The position numbers and the translations under genes were made by a program. The notes below the pieces were generated by a model. It saw only the letters and a program-made list of their open reading frames with translations, was not told where the DNA came from and made no database searches. 16,878 nt of DNA from Piscicoccus intestinalis (lineage in GTDB: Bacteria > Actinomycetota > Actinomycetes > Actinomycetales > Dermatophilaceae): NCBI GenBank assembly GCA_039812445.1, contig JBDIAM010000037.1, positions 1 through 16,878 of the forward strand, written 5' to 3'. Of the stretch, positions 9,828 to 16,878 are shown one piece after another; the first letter of the stretch is position 1, and each line of letters begins with the position of its first letter.

Positions 9828-10755
9828 CACCGTCGCGTGGACCGCGGCCCGGCTCCAGGCCGCCCTCGGCGGCGCGACCCTGACCCGGGCCGAGTTGCGC
9901 TGGCCGTCGCTCGCGGGAGCCGACCTCGTGGGGGCCAGGACCGTGCGGGTGGTCGCGCGCGGCAAGCACCTGCTGCACCGCCTCGACCTGCGCGGCCAGG
10001 CCCTCACCCTGCACTCGCACCTGCGGATGGACGGCACGTGGCGGGTGCGACCCGCACAGGAGAGTGTGCGGTGGGACCATCGGCTGCGCGCCGTGCTCGG
10101 CACCGCCGACGCGACCGCGCTGGGGCGCAGCCTCGGCATGCTCGACCTCGTCGCCACCGCCGACGAGGATCGGCTCGTCGGCCATCTCGGGCCCGACATC
10201 CTCGCCCGTGCCTGGCAGGCGGGCGAACCGCCCGGGCGCGACATCGCGATGCGCCGGCTGTCACGAGACGACCGGCCGCTCGCGGAGGCGCTGCTCGATC
10301 AACGGGTGCTGGCCGGGCTCGGCACCTTCTGGGTCAGCGAGGGCTGCTTCGCGGAGCGGCTGAACCCGTGGCGGACCGCCGCGCAGGTGCCGACCGACGA
10401 CGTGGCGGCGCTCCTGGACTGGGCCCGGCCACGGATGCTGCGGTCGGCCCGCACCGGCGCGCAGTCGGTCACCGGGCTCGCCCGCCGCGACGCCCTGGGG
10501 GCCGTGCACGCGCTCTCGGGGCGTCCGTGCCGCCGCTGCGGACGCCCCGTTCGGGTCGCGCTCGTCGGCGCGGCCCCGCGAGAGCGCACGATCTTCTACT
10601 GCCCGGCCTGCCAGGGCGGGATCGCGCCCACCGACGACGGCCGGCCGCAGGCACCCCTGGGGGCCACGGGATCCACTCGTCGCTCCGGTGGCGACGACGG
10701 TCCCGGCAGGGCTCAGGTGTACAGGGGCCGGTCCGGGTCGGCGGGCTCGTCCTGA
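9814..10755 (+). CDS. nei: Fpg/Nei-family DNA glycosylase, endonuclease VIII-like (Nei)
   Basis: Starts MPEGDTV (catalytic Pro2/Glu3). GKHLLHRLD...LTLHSHLRMDGTWRV, LGPDIL, LLDQRVLAGLGTFWVSEGCF and a C-terminal C4 zinc finger (CRRCGRPV...FYCPACQ) align along E. coli Nei. The low-complexity C-terminal tail of about 40 aa overlaps the convergent gene by 43 nt. Confidence 0.85.
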   Translation: MPEGDTVAWTAARLQAALGGATLTRAELRWPSLAGADLVGARTVRVVARGKHLLHRLDLRGQALTLHSHLRMDGTWRVRPAQESVRWDHRLRAVLGTADATALGRSLGMLDLVATADEDRLVGHLGPDILARAWQAGEPPGRDIAMRRLSRDDRPLAEALLDQRVLAGLGTFWVSEGCFAERLNPWRTAAQVPTDDVAALLDWARPRMLRSARTGAQSVTGLARRDALGAVHALSGRPCRRCGRPVRVALVGAAPRERTIFYCPACQGGIAPTDDGRPQAPLGATGSTRRSGGDDGPGRAQVYRGRSGSAGSS

Positions 10756-11225
10756 CGCGCCGAACTCTCGCCGCCGTCGGGCGCGACGTCCTCGCCGTAC
10801 AGCACCTGACCGTCCTCGGCGACGACGACGAGCGTCTCCGCGCCGCCGTCGACGATCTTGTCCGCGATGAGGGCCGCCTCCGGCTCCGGAACCCGCACCC
10901 CGGCGCGTTCCCAGCCCCGCGTCAGTTCCTCGAGGATGTCCGAGGGGGCCCGGCCGGCCGCGCCCCCGGCCACCGCCGCCAACGTGTCGACGTAGGCCCG
11001 CACCCCTTCCGGCCCGACCTCGTCCGCGAAGCCGGAGTTCACCGTGATGCGCGACGTGCGGGTCGTCTCCTCGTTCCCCCGCCGGCCCGCCAGGTCCGGG
11101 TTGTTGATGTCGACCTCGGCGGTGTCACTGGAATGGACCTTGTGATCGTCCTGCCGATCGGCGTGCCGAACCTCGTGCCGATCGTCCCGTCGATCGTCGT
11201 GACGGCCATCTGCGGCGGTGCTCAT
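10713..11225 (-). CDS. Hypothetical protein with His/Asp/Arg-rich disordered N-terminus and conserved-looking C-terminal domain
   Basis: ATG 11225 preceded by AGGAGA 6 nt upstream. 170 aa: MSTAADGRHDDRRDDRHEVRHADRQDDHKVHSSDTAEVDINNPD... then ...GVRAYVDTLAAVAGG...ILEELTRGWERAGVRVPEPEAALIADKIVDGGAETLVVVAEDGQVLYGE. Strong GC3 bias. The ORF-track start at 11870 is an upstream read-through. Family not recognised. Confidence 0.6.
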   Translation of the reverse strand: MSTAADGRHDDRRDDRHEVRHADRQDDHKVHSSDTAEVDINNPDLAGRRGNEETTRTSRITVNSGFADEVGPEGVRAYVDTLAAVAGGAAGRAPSDILEELTRGWERAGVRVPEPEAALIADKIVDGGAETLVVVAEDGQVLYGEDVAPDGGESSARQDEPADPDRPLYT

Positions 11226-11403
11226 ATCAGTCTCCTGGTCAGGCGGGAAACGGTCTGCGAAACGCCCGCCATCACTCGACGAGCACGGCGCGGCGCGCTC
11301 TGTCGGCGGGTCGACCCGAGTACATCTACCCGTTGCGGCCGAACGCAATCCCGGCGCCGGCAGCGGGTCCTGCCTAGGGTAGGGGCGCCGACCGGCCACC
11401 CGC

Positions 11404-11436
11404 CACGAAAGAGGCACGAAAGAGGCACGAGAGAGG
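11404..11436 (+). repeat. Three tandem copies of an 11-bp SD-containing unit (CACGAAAGAGG x2, CACGAGAGAGG) immediately upstream of the photolyase ATG
   Basis: Direct reading: cacgaaagagg cacgaaagagg cacgagagagg accgccgag ATG. Each unit carries an AAGAGG/AGAGG Shine-Dalgarno-like core. The third copy sits 9 nt before ATG 11446. Confidence 0.8.
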
Positions 11437-11445
11437 ACCGCCGAG

Positions 11446-12813
11446 ATGAGCACGATCCTGTGGCTGCGCCGGGACCTGCGCCGCGACGACCTGCCGGCGC
11501 TGGTCGCCGCGCACGAGGCGGCGGGCGACGGCCGGGTGCTGCCGGTGTTCGTGCTCGACCCGAGGCTGTGGAACGGCGCGGGCGAGGCGCGCCGCGCGGC
11601 GCTGCGAGACGCCCTGCAGCGCGCCCAGGAGGAGTACGACGGCGCGCTCGTCGCGCGTCGCGGCGACCCCGCGCAGGTGCTGGCGCACCTCGCGACCCAG
11701 ACCGGCGCCACCAGCGTGCACGTCAGCGGCGAATCGACCCCCTTCGGCCGCCGCCGCGGGGAGGCCGTGCACGCAGCCCTCGCCGCCTTGCCCGGAGGCG
11801 GGGTGCCGGTGGTCGCGACCGGCACCCCGTACGCCGTCTCCCCCGGCCGCATCCGCACCCAGGCCGGCACGCCCTACCAGGTGTTCACCCCGTTCGCGCG
11901 GGCCTGGCGCGCCCACGGCCACCCCGGCCCGGCGCGGCCGCCCGCGGCCGTGCGGTGGCTCACCGGCGTCCCCAGCGACGACCTGCCCGGCACGGCCGAC
12001 GCGTCACCGGCTCCCGGCCCGGACCCCCGGCAGGCGTGGCGTGACTTTCTCGACGAGGGACTCGGCGACTACGACACCGCCCGCGACCGCCCCGATCTCG
12101 ACGCCACCTCGCGGGTCTCCGAGCACCTGAAGTTCGGGGCGCTGCACCCGCGCACTCTGCTCGCCGACGTCGCCGCGCACCCCGCGGCCGGGAGCACCGC
12201 GGCCCGCCGGTTCGTCGACCAGCTCATCTGGCGCGAGTTCTACGCCGACGTGCTGTGGCACCGCCCCGAATCCGCCTGGCACGACCTGCGCCCGCTCGGC
12301 GACATCGGCACCGACCCCGACGCCGACGAGCAGACCGCGCACCGCTGGGACGCCTGGTGCGCCGGCCGCACCGGCTACCCCTACGTCGACGCCGGGATGC
12401 GCCAACTGCTCGCGCAGGGCTGGATGCACAACCGGCTGCGCATGGTCACTGCCTCCTTCCTCGTCAAGGACCTGCACATCCGCTGGCAGCACGGCGCCCG
12501 GTTCTTCCTCGCGCACCTGCGCGACGGCGATCTCGCCTCGAACAACCACGGCTGGCAGTGGGCGGCCGGCACCGGCACCGACGCCGCGCCCTACGTGCGG
12601 GTCTTCAACCCGATCACCCAGGGGAGGCGGTTCGACCCCGGCGGCGACTACGTGCGCCGCCACGTGCCCGAACTCGCGCACGTCGCCGGGGCCGCCGCCC
12701 ACGAGCCGTGGAACGCCCCCGACGGGTACACCCACGGATACCCGCAGCGGATCGTCGACCACGCGGCCGAGCGCCGCGAGGCCCTGCGTCGCTTCCACGA
12801 GGTGTCGCCCTGA
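11446..12813 (+). CDS. phrB: Deoxyribodipyrimidine photolyase (class I CPD photolyase/cryptochrome family)
   Basis: 455 aa. N-terminal photolyase alpha/beta domain (ILWLRRDLRRDDLPAL) and FAD-binding domain with WREFY, GYPYVDAGMRQLLAQGWMHNRLRMVTASFLVKDL and NNHGWQWAAGTGTDAAPYVRVFNP signature blocks. Confidence 0.95.
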   Translation: MSTILWLRRDLRRDDLPALVAAHEAAGDGRVLPVFVLDPRLWNGAGEARRAALRDALQRAQEEYDGALVARRGDPAQVLAHLATQTGATSVHVSGESTPFGRRRGEAVHAALAALPGGGVPVVATGTPYAVSPGRIRTQAGTPYQVFTPFARAWRAHGHPGPARPPAAVRWLTGVPSDDLPGTADASPAPGPDPRQAWRDFLDEGLGDYDTARDRPDLDATSRVSEHLKFGALHPRTLLADVAAHPAAGSTAARRFVDQLIWREFYADVLWHRPESAWHDLRPLGDIGTDPDADEQTAHRWDAWCAGRTGYPYVDAGMRQLLAQGWMHNRLRMVTASFLVKDLHIRWQHGARFFLAHLRDGDLASNNHGWQWAAGTGTDAAPYVRVFNPITQGRRFDPGGDYVRRHVPELAHVAGAAAHEPWNAPDGYTHGYPQRIVDHAAERREALRRFHEVSP

Positions 12814-12950
12814 GCCCGGTCCGATGACCCGCACCGTCCTCGGGCGGCTCGCGGGGGCGTTGAGCGCGCCGCGGCGGCCCGGCCGGGTGAGACTGAGCGC
12901 TAGGCCGATCCCGCCCGAGCCGAGCGAACACACCGACAGCAGGAGGACCA

Positions 12951-14255
12951 ATGGACACCGACGTCGTCATCGCCGGAGCCGGGCTCGCCGGCCTGACCTG
13001 CGCCCGGCACCTCGCGGGAGCCGGGCTCGACGTGCGCGTCCTCGAGGCGGGCGACGACGTCGGCGGCCGCGTGCGCACCGACGTCGTCGACGGCTTCCGC
13101 TGCGACCGCGGGTTCCAGCTGCTCAACCCCGCCTACCCCGCCGTGCGCGACGAGGTCGACGTGCGCCGGCTCGGGCTCGGCACGTTCGAGCGCGGCGTCG
13201 CGGTGCGCCGCGACGACGGTCTGACGCACCTGACCGTCAGCCCGCGGGCGCTGGCCCACGCGGCGCCCGCGACCGTCTCCTCGATCACCTCCCTCGTGCC
13301 GGGCCCCTACCTGCGCCCGCAGTCGGTGCGCGAGCTCGCCGCGCTGACGCGGTGGGCGGCGCCGGCGCTGGGCCCGGTCTCGCGGCTGCTGCGGCAACGG
13401 GACACGACGCTGCGCGAGAGCTGGGACGACGCCGGGTTCCGCGGCCGCTTCCGCGCCGAGGTCGTCGAGCCCTTCCTCGCCGGGGTCGTGCTCGAGCGGG
13501 ACGGCTCGACGTCGGCCAATTTCGCCCGACTGCTCGTGCGCGCCTTCGCGCTGGGCACCCCGGGGGTGCCCGCCCAGGGCATGTCCGCGCTGCCGCACCA
13601 GCTCGCGGCGCCGGTCCTTGAGTCGGTGGAGTTGGGCCGGCGCGTCGAGGCCGTCACCCGCGAGACCGGCGGGGTGCGCGTCGACACCGACTCCGGGCCG
13701 GTGCGGGCGCGGGCGGCGGTCGTCGCGTGCGACCCGGCGACCGCCGGCGAACTGCTCGACATCGAGGTGCCGGCCGGCCGGGGCCTGACGACGTGGTGGT
13801 TCGCGACCGACTCCGACCCCGGCGACCGGGCGATCCTGCATCTCGACGGCCGCTCGCAGCCCGGGCCGCTGGTCAACGCGGCGGTGATGACCAACGCCGC
13901 CCCGTCGTACGCCCCACCCGGATGGCACCTCGTGCAGGCCAGCGCCCTGACCGCCGACGCCGACCTGCCGACCGAGGCGGTGCTCGCGCAGGTCGGTGCG
14001 GTGCTCGGCGTGCCGACCCGGTCGTGGCAGCTGGTGACCCGCCACGACATCGCCTACGCCCTGCCGAGCCAGCCGCCGCCGCTGCGGGTGCGCCGCGACG
14101 TCGCCCTCGGCGGGGGCGTCTACGCGTGCGGCGACCACCGCGACACCGCCTCCATCCAGGGCGCGATCGTCTCCGGACGGCGCACGGCGCGCGCGGTGGC
14201 GCGTCGCCTGGCCCCGGCGGCCCCGGCTGACTCAGCGGCCCGCGGCCGAGCATGA
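12951..14255 (+). CDS. NAD(P)/FAD-dependent oxidoreductase of the flavin amine-oxidase superfamily (protoporphyrinogen-oxidase / phytoene-desaturase-like)
   Basis: AGGAGGA RBS then MDTDVVIAGAGLAGLTCARHLAGAGLDVRVLEAGDDVGGRVRT (dinucleotide-binding GxGxxG...E...GGR). C-terminal VYACGDHRDTASIQGAIVSGRRTA is the second FAD-contact motif typical of the amine oxidase/PPO/CrtI fold. 434 aa. Stop overlaps the next start (ATGA). Confidence 0.8.
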   Translation: MDTDVVIAGAGLAGLTCARHLAGAGLDVRVLEAGDDVGGRVRTDVVDGFRCDRGFQLLNPAYPAVRDEVDVRRLGLGTFERGVAVRRDDGLTHLTVSPRALAHAAPATVSSITSLVPGPYLRPQSVRELAALTRWAAPALGPVSRLLRQRDTTLRESWDDAGFRGRFRAEVVEPFLAGVVLERDGSTSANFARLLVRAFALGTPGVPAQGMSALPHQLAAPVLESVELGRRVEAVTRETGGVRVDTDSGPVRARAAVVACDPATAGELLDIEVPAGRGLTTWWFATDSDPGDRAILHLDGRSQPGPLVNAAVMTNAAPSYAPPGWHLVQASALTADADLPTEAVLAQVGAVLGVPTRSWQLVTRHDIAYALPSQPPPLRVRRDVALGGGVYACGDHRDTASIQGAIVSGRRTARAVARRLAPAAPADSAARGRA

Positions 14256-14974
14256 TCAATCCGGTCACCGAGCTGCGGGCCTTCGTCACGGCGGCCCTGT
14301 TCTCCCCCGTTCCGCGCGATCACGCCCAGACCGACGCGGCGTTCCGGCGCCGCCGGGTCGTGGCTGCCGCCACCCTCGTCGTCGGCGGCGTGTTGCTCTT
14401 CGTGAGCCTGCGGGTGCCGCCGGGTGACCCGGCGTTCTACGCCTGGACGCTGGCCCTCGCCGCCGTGTGGACCGTCGGCGCGTTCGCCTCCGGGCCGCTG
14501 CATCTGGGCCAGGCCTGGACCCGCACCGGGGCCGTCGCGCGGCCCGTCGTGCAGTCCGCGGCGCTCGCGGCCCTGCTCGTCGCGCTCTTCCTCGTCGGTG
14601 CCGTCGTCGTCGCGGGCGTCCCCGTGCTGCGCGGCCCCGTCGACGGGCTCCTCGACCACGCCCGGTTCGGGTCGCTGCCGGTCGTCGCGGTCGTCACCGC
14701 GGTCAACGGCATCGGCGAGGAGTTGTACTTCCGCGGCGTCCTCTTCGCCGCGATCGGCCGTCGACACGCGGTCGCGGTCTCGACCGTGCTGTATATGCTC
14801 GTCACGCTCGCCAGCGGGGTGCCGCTGCTCGTGCTCGCGGCCGGCGTGCTCGGCGTCGTCACCGGCCTGCAACGCCGCGTCACCGGCGGCGTGCTCGGCC
14901 CGATCCTCGTGCACGTCGCGTGGTCGATGTCGATGCTCTTCCTGCTTCCTCCCGTTCTCGACACCCTGAGGTGA
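14252..14974 (+). CDS. CPBP-family intramembrane metalloprotease (CAAX protease/Abi-like) membrane protein
   Basis: Multiple TM helices. Motif 1 EELYFRG (EExxxR) and a downstream ILVHVAWS histidine motif. Translationally coupled on both sides (ATGA at 14252; TGA-AC-ATG at 14972-14979). Confidence 0.7.
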   Translation: MINPVTELRAFVTAALFSPVPRDHAQTDAAFRRRRVVAAATLVVGGVLLFVSLRVPPGDPAFYAWTLALAAVWTVGAFASGPLHLGQAWTRTGAVARPVVQSAALAALLVALFLVGAVVVAGVPVLRGPVDGLLDHARFGSLPVVAVVTAVNGIGEELYFRGVLFAAIGRRHAVAVSTVLYMLVTLASGVPLLVLAAGVLGVVTGLQRRVTGGVLGPILVHVAWSMSMLFLLPPVLDTLR

Positions 14975-14976
14975 AC

Positions 14977-16392
14977 ATGACCGTCTCGTCCACCGACGCG
15001 CAGGCCCGCACGGCGCTGGTCACCGGCGCCACCGGCTACATCGGCGGGCTGCTCGTCCCCCGGCTCCTGGAGGCGGGGTGGCGGGTGCGCGTGCTGACCC
15101 GCGACGCCGCGAAGATCGCCGACCTGCCGTGGGGCTCGCGCGTGGAGGCGGTCGAGGCCGACGCGAGCGACGCCGACGGGCTGCGTTCGGCGATGACCGG
15201 GGTCGACGTCGCCTGGTACCTGCTGCACTCGATGGGTGCCGGCGGCGACTTCGCGCGCCGTGACCGGGAGCTGGCGGGCACGTTCGGCGCCGCGGCCCGC
15301 GAGGCCGGGGTCGCCCGCATCGTCTACCTCGGCGGGCTGCACCCCCGCGGCGAGCTGTCGGCGCACCTGGCCTCGCGGGTCGAGGTCGGCGAGGTGCTCA
15401 TGGCCTCGGGAGTGCCGACGGCCTGCCTGCAGGCCGCGGTCGTGCTCGGAGACGGGTCGATCAGCTTCGAGATGCTGCGGCACCTCACCGAGCGGCTCCC
15501 GGCGATGATCGCGCCGAAGTGGCTGGGCAACCTCATCCAGCCGATCGCGGTCGACGACGTGCTGCACTACCTCGTCGCGGCGGCCGATCTGCCGCCGGAG
15601 GTCAACCGCACGTTCGACATCGGCGGGCCCGACGTGCTCAGTTACGCCGACATGATCCGCCGGTTCGCGCAGGTCACCGGGCTGCGGCCGCGTCTCGTCG
15701 TCACGGTGCCGGTGCTGACTCCCGGGCTCGCGAGCCACTGGATCGGCCTCGTCACGCCCGTCGACACCGGCGTCGCCAAGCCCCTCGTCGGCAGCCTCGT
15801 GCACGAGGTGGTGTGCCGCGAACGCGACCTCGACGGGCTCGTCGGCGCGCCGCCCGGCGGGGTCACCGGCTTCGACGAGGCGGTCCGGCGCGCGATGCGC
15901 ACCGCGTCGCCGCAGCGGGGGCCGCGCACGCTGGCGTTGACCGGCGCGATGACGACGGCCGCGGCGGTCGCCGGGTCGATCGCCTCCGACCCCGGCTCCG
16001 CCTGGTACCGCGGCATCGACAAGCCCGCCTGGCAGCCTCCGGCCCTTGCGTTTCCGGTGGTGTGGACGGCGCTGTACGCCGACATCGCCGGTACCAGCGC
16101 CTCGGTCATCCGCACGCTGGAGGACTCCGGCCGCGAGTCGGGGGCGCGTCGGTTCACCACGGCCCTCGGGGTGAACCTCGTGCTCAACGCCGCGTGGAGC
16201 GCGCTGTTCTTCCGGGCGCACCGCCCCGACGTCGCCACGCTCGGAGCCGGGCTGCTCGCCGCGAGCAGCGCCGACCTCGCCCGACGCGCGGGAGCCGCCG
16301 GGCGCGGGCATGCCGGGTGGCTGGCTCCGTACGCCGCGTGGTGCGCGTTCGCGACGGTGTTGTCCGCCGAGATCTGGCGGCGCAACCAGTAG
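14977..16392 (+). CDS. Fusion protein: N-terminal NAD(P)-binding NmrA/atypical-SDR-like domain plus C-terminal TspO/MBR (translocator protein, tryptophan-rich sensory protein) domain
   Basis: GAGGTG RBS then MTVSSTDAQARTALVTGATGYIGGLLVPRLLEAGWRVRVLTRD (TGxxGxxG Rossmann). From about residue 310: WYRGIDKPAWQPPALAFPVVWTALYADIAG...LGVNLVLNAAWSALFFRAHRPDVATLGAGLL...WLAPYAAWCAFATVLSAEIWRRN, the TspO/MBR five-helix signature (W..L.KP.W.PP..F..VW..LY...LN..W...FF...P...W..FA..L). The ORF-track start at 14467 is a shadow over the CPBP gene. Confidence 0.8.
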   Translation: MTVSSTDAQARTALVTGATGYIGGLLVPRLLEAGWRVRVLTRDAAKIADLPWGSRVEAVEADASDADGLRSAMTGVDVAWYLLHSMGAGGDFARRDRELAGTFGAAAREAGVARIVYLGGLHPRGELSAHLASRVEVGEVLMASGVPTACLQAAVVLGDGSISFEMLRHLTERLPAMIAPKWLGNLIQPIAVDDVLHYLVAAADLPPEVNRTFDIGGPDVLSYADMIRRFAQVTGLRPRLVVTVPVLTPGLASHWIGLVTPVDTGVAKPLVGSLVHEVVCRERDLDGLVGAPPGGVTGFDEAVRRAMRTASPQRGPRTLALTGAMTTAAAVAGSIASDPGSAWYRGIDKPAWQPPALAFPVVWTALYADIAGTSASVIRTLEDSGRESGARRFTTALGVNLVLNAAWSALFFRAHRPDVATLGAGLLAASSADLARRAGAAGRGHAGWLAPYAAWCAFATVLSAEIWRRNQ

Positions 16393-16610
16393 GGCCGGCG
16401 CCTGGTGGGCTGCCTGCGCGGGCGCGCGGCGCCGCGCGGAGGCAGCGTCTGCGCCGACGATCCCGCCTCACGGGACGGCTGTCTCGACGGTCGGGACGGG
16501 ACCGCCCGGCTGCCGCCGAACCACCTCCGCGGACGCGGCTCAGCGGCACCCCGGCGGTCCAGTCGGACAGCACAGGCTCCCGTGCGAAACGGAGGCCCTG
16601 GGGAGGGGAT

Positions 16611-16720
16611 CGCCGAGGCGCCGGGCGAGGGCGCCGCAGAGGCGCCGACCCAGCCTCGCGGAGCCGCCGACCCAGCCTCGCCGAGCCGCCGACCGAGCCT
16701 CGCCGAGGCGCCGGGCGAGG
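16611..16720. repeat. GC-rich imperfect tandem repeat (about 21-bp period, GCCGACCCAGCCTCGCSGAGC x3) flanked by an exact 20-bp direct repeat CGCCGAGGCGCCGGGCGAGG
   Basis: Units at about 16644-16664, 16665-16686 and 16687-16708. The 20-mer occurs at 16611-16630 and 16701-16720. The region lies in a 360-bp convergent intergenic region between the SDR-TspO stop (16392) and the era stop (16753). Confidence 0.7.
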
Positions 16721-16752
16721 ACCCGCGCCCGGCCGTCTGACGCCCGCGCCCC

Positions 16753-16878
16753 TCAGAAGCCGAGGCGCCGCAGCTGCTTGGGGTCGCGCTGCCAGTCCTT
16801 GGCGACCTTGACGTGCAGGTCGAGGTGCACGCGCTGGCCGAGGAGGGCCTCGATGCTCGCGCGGGCGCGGGTGCCGAC
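16753..16878 (-). CDS. era: GTPase Era, C-terminal KH-domain end; gene continues beyond the window
   Basis: Reverse-complement translation VGTRARASIEALLGQRVHLDLHVKVAKDWQRDPKQLRRLGF* matches the conserved Era C-terminus (...A.IE.LLG.KV.L.LWVKV...W..D...L..LG). Stop TGA at 16755-16753. Confidence 0.8.
   Translation of the reverse strand, partial: VGTRARASIEALLGQRVHLDLHVKVAKDWQRDPKQLRRLGF

Noticed and set aside
11290-11330. Second RecA-NDp-like element (TGTCGGCG...TACATC) in the photolyase/hypothetical divergent region
   Set aside because: One mismatch in the -35-like element, 12-nt rather than 8-nt spacing, and the hexamer ends in C rather than T. Too degenerate to call.
9837-12044. 735-aa plus-strand ORF running through nei, the hypothetical gene and the photolyase start
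   Set aside because: It is an Arg/Pro/Gly-rich junk translation out of frame with nei and phrB, both of which have clear family motifs, so it is a GC-driven open frame.
16405-16740. 111-aa ORF covering the tandem repeat region (…EAPGEGAAEAPTQPRGAADPASP…)
   Set aside because: It has no RBS and is low-complexity and repeat-encoded. It sits in a convergent intergenic region, so more likely non-coding repeat DNA than a gene. Kept as a repeat finding instead.

Overview
This is a high-GC (about 70%+) actinobacterial chromosomal window with 15 protein genes on both strands; I found no rRNA, tRNA, CRISPR or mobile elements. Many of the long ORFs in the supplied track are antisense 'shadow' frames of the real genes, typical for this GC content; I called real genes from recognisable motifs, strong GC3 bias and ribosome-binding sites. 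Left to right: (1) a D-amino-acid-oxidase family flavoprotein, minus strand and running off the 5' edge, with the HCYGHGGSG C-terminus. (2) A divergent AlkB-type 2OG/Fe(II) dioxygenase. (3) A secreted HAF-repeat protein. (4) A tandem-duplicated 3-hydroxyacyl-CoA dehydrogenase. (5) Long-form 2-isopropylmalate synthase leuA, preceded by an 18-codon Leu-Leu-Leu leader peptide and attenuator-like structure. (6) A small ribbon-helix-helix protein. (7) An SPFH/band-7 membrane protein. (8) A protealysin-like M4 zinc metalloprotease (HELAH...GALNE, CTVVPPFLL propeptide, no signal peptide) whose 3' end overlaps (9) an Nei/endonuclease VIII DNA glycosylase. (10) A His/Asp/Arg-rich hypothetical protein. 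(11) A class I CPD photolyase. (12) A flavin amine-oxidase-like oxidoreductase, (13) a CPBP (CAAX-protease/Abi) membrane protein and (14) an NAD(P)-binding SDR/NmrA domain fused to a C-terminal TspO/MBR domain. (15) The 3' end of era. The two observations most worth follow-up are these. First, photolyase, an amine-oxidase/PPO-like flavoprotein, CPBP and the SDR-TspO fusion sit in a co-directional block and two junctions overlap (ATGA, and TGA-N2-ATG), suggesting a light or photo-oxidative-stress tetrapyrrole-handling module. Second, the intracellular M4 protease-nei bicistron is preceded by a TTGTCGGTG-N8-TTCAAT element resembling the actinobacterial RecA-independent (PafBC-type) DNA-damage promoter, placed for a leaderless transcript. 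It lies next to an AT-rich perfect palindrome (CTGATATC-N5-GATATCAG) over the divergent SPFH promoter. Three DNA-repair genes (alkB, nei, phr) fall within about 11 kb. Everything rests on reading the sequence and recalling family motifs; I ran no searches.
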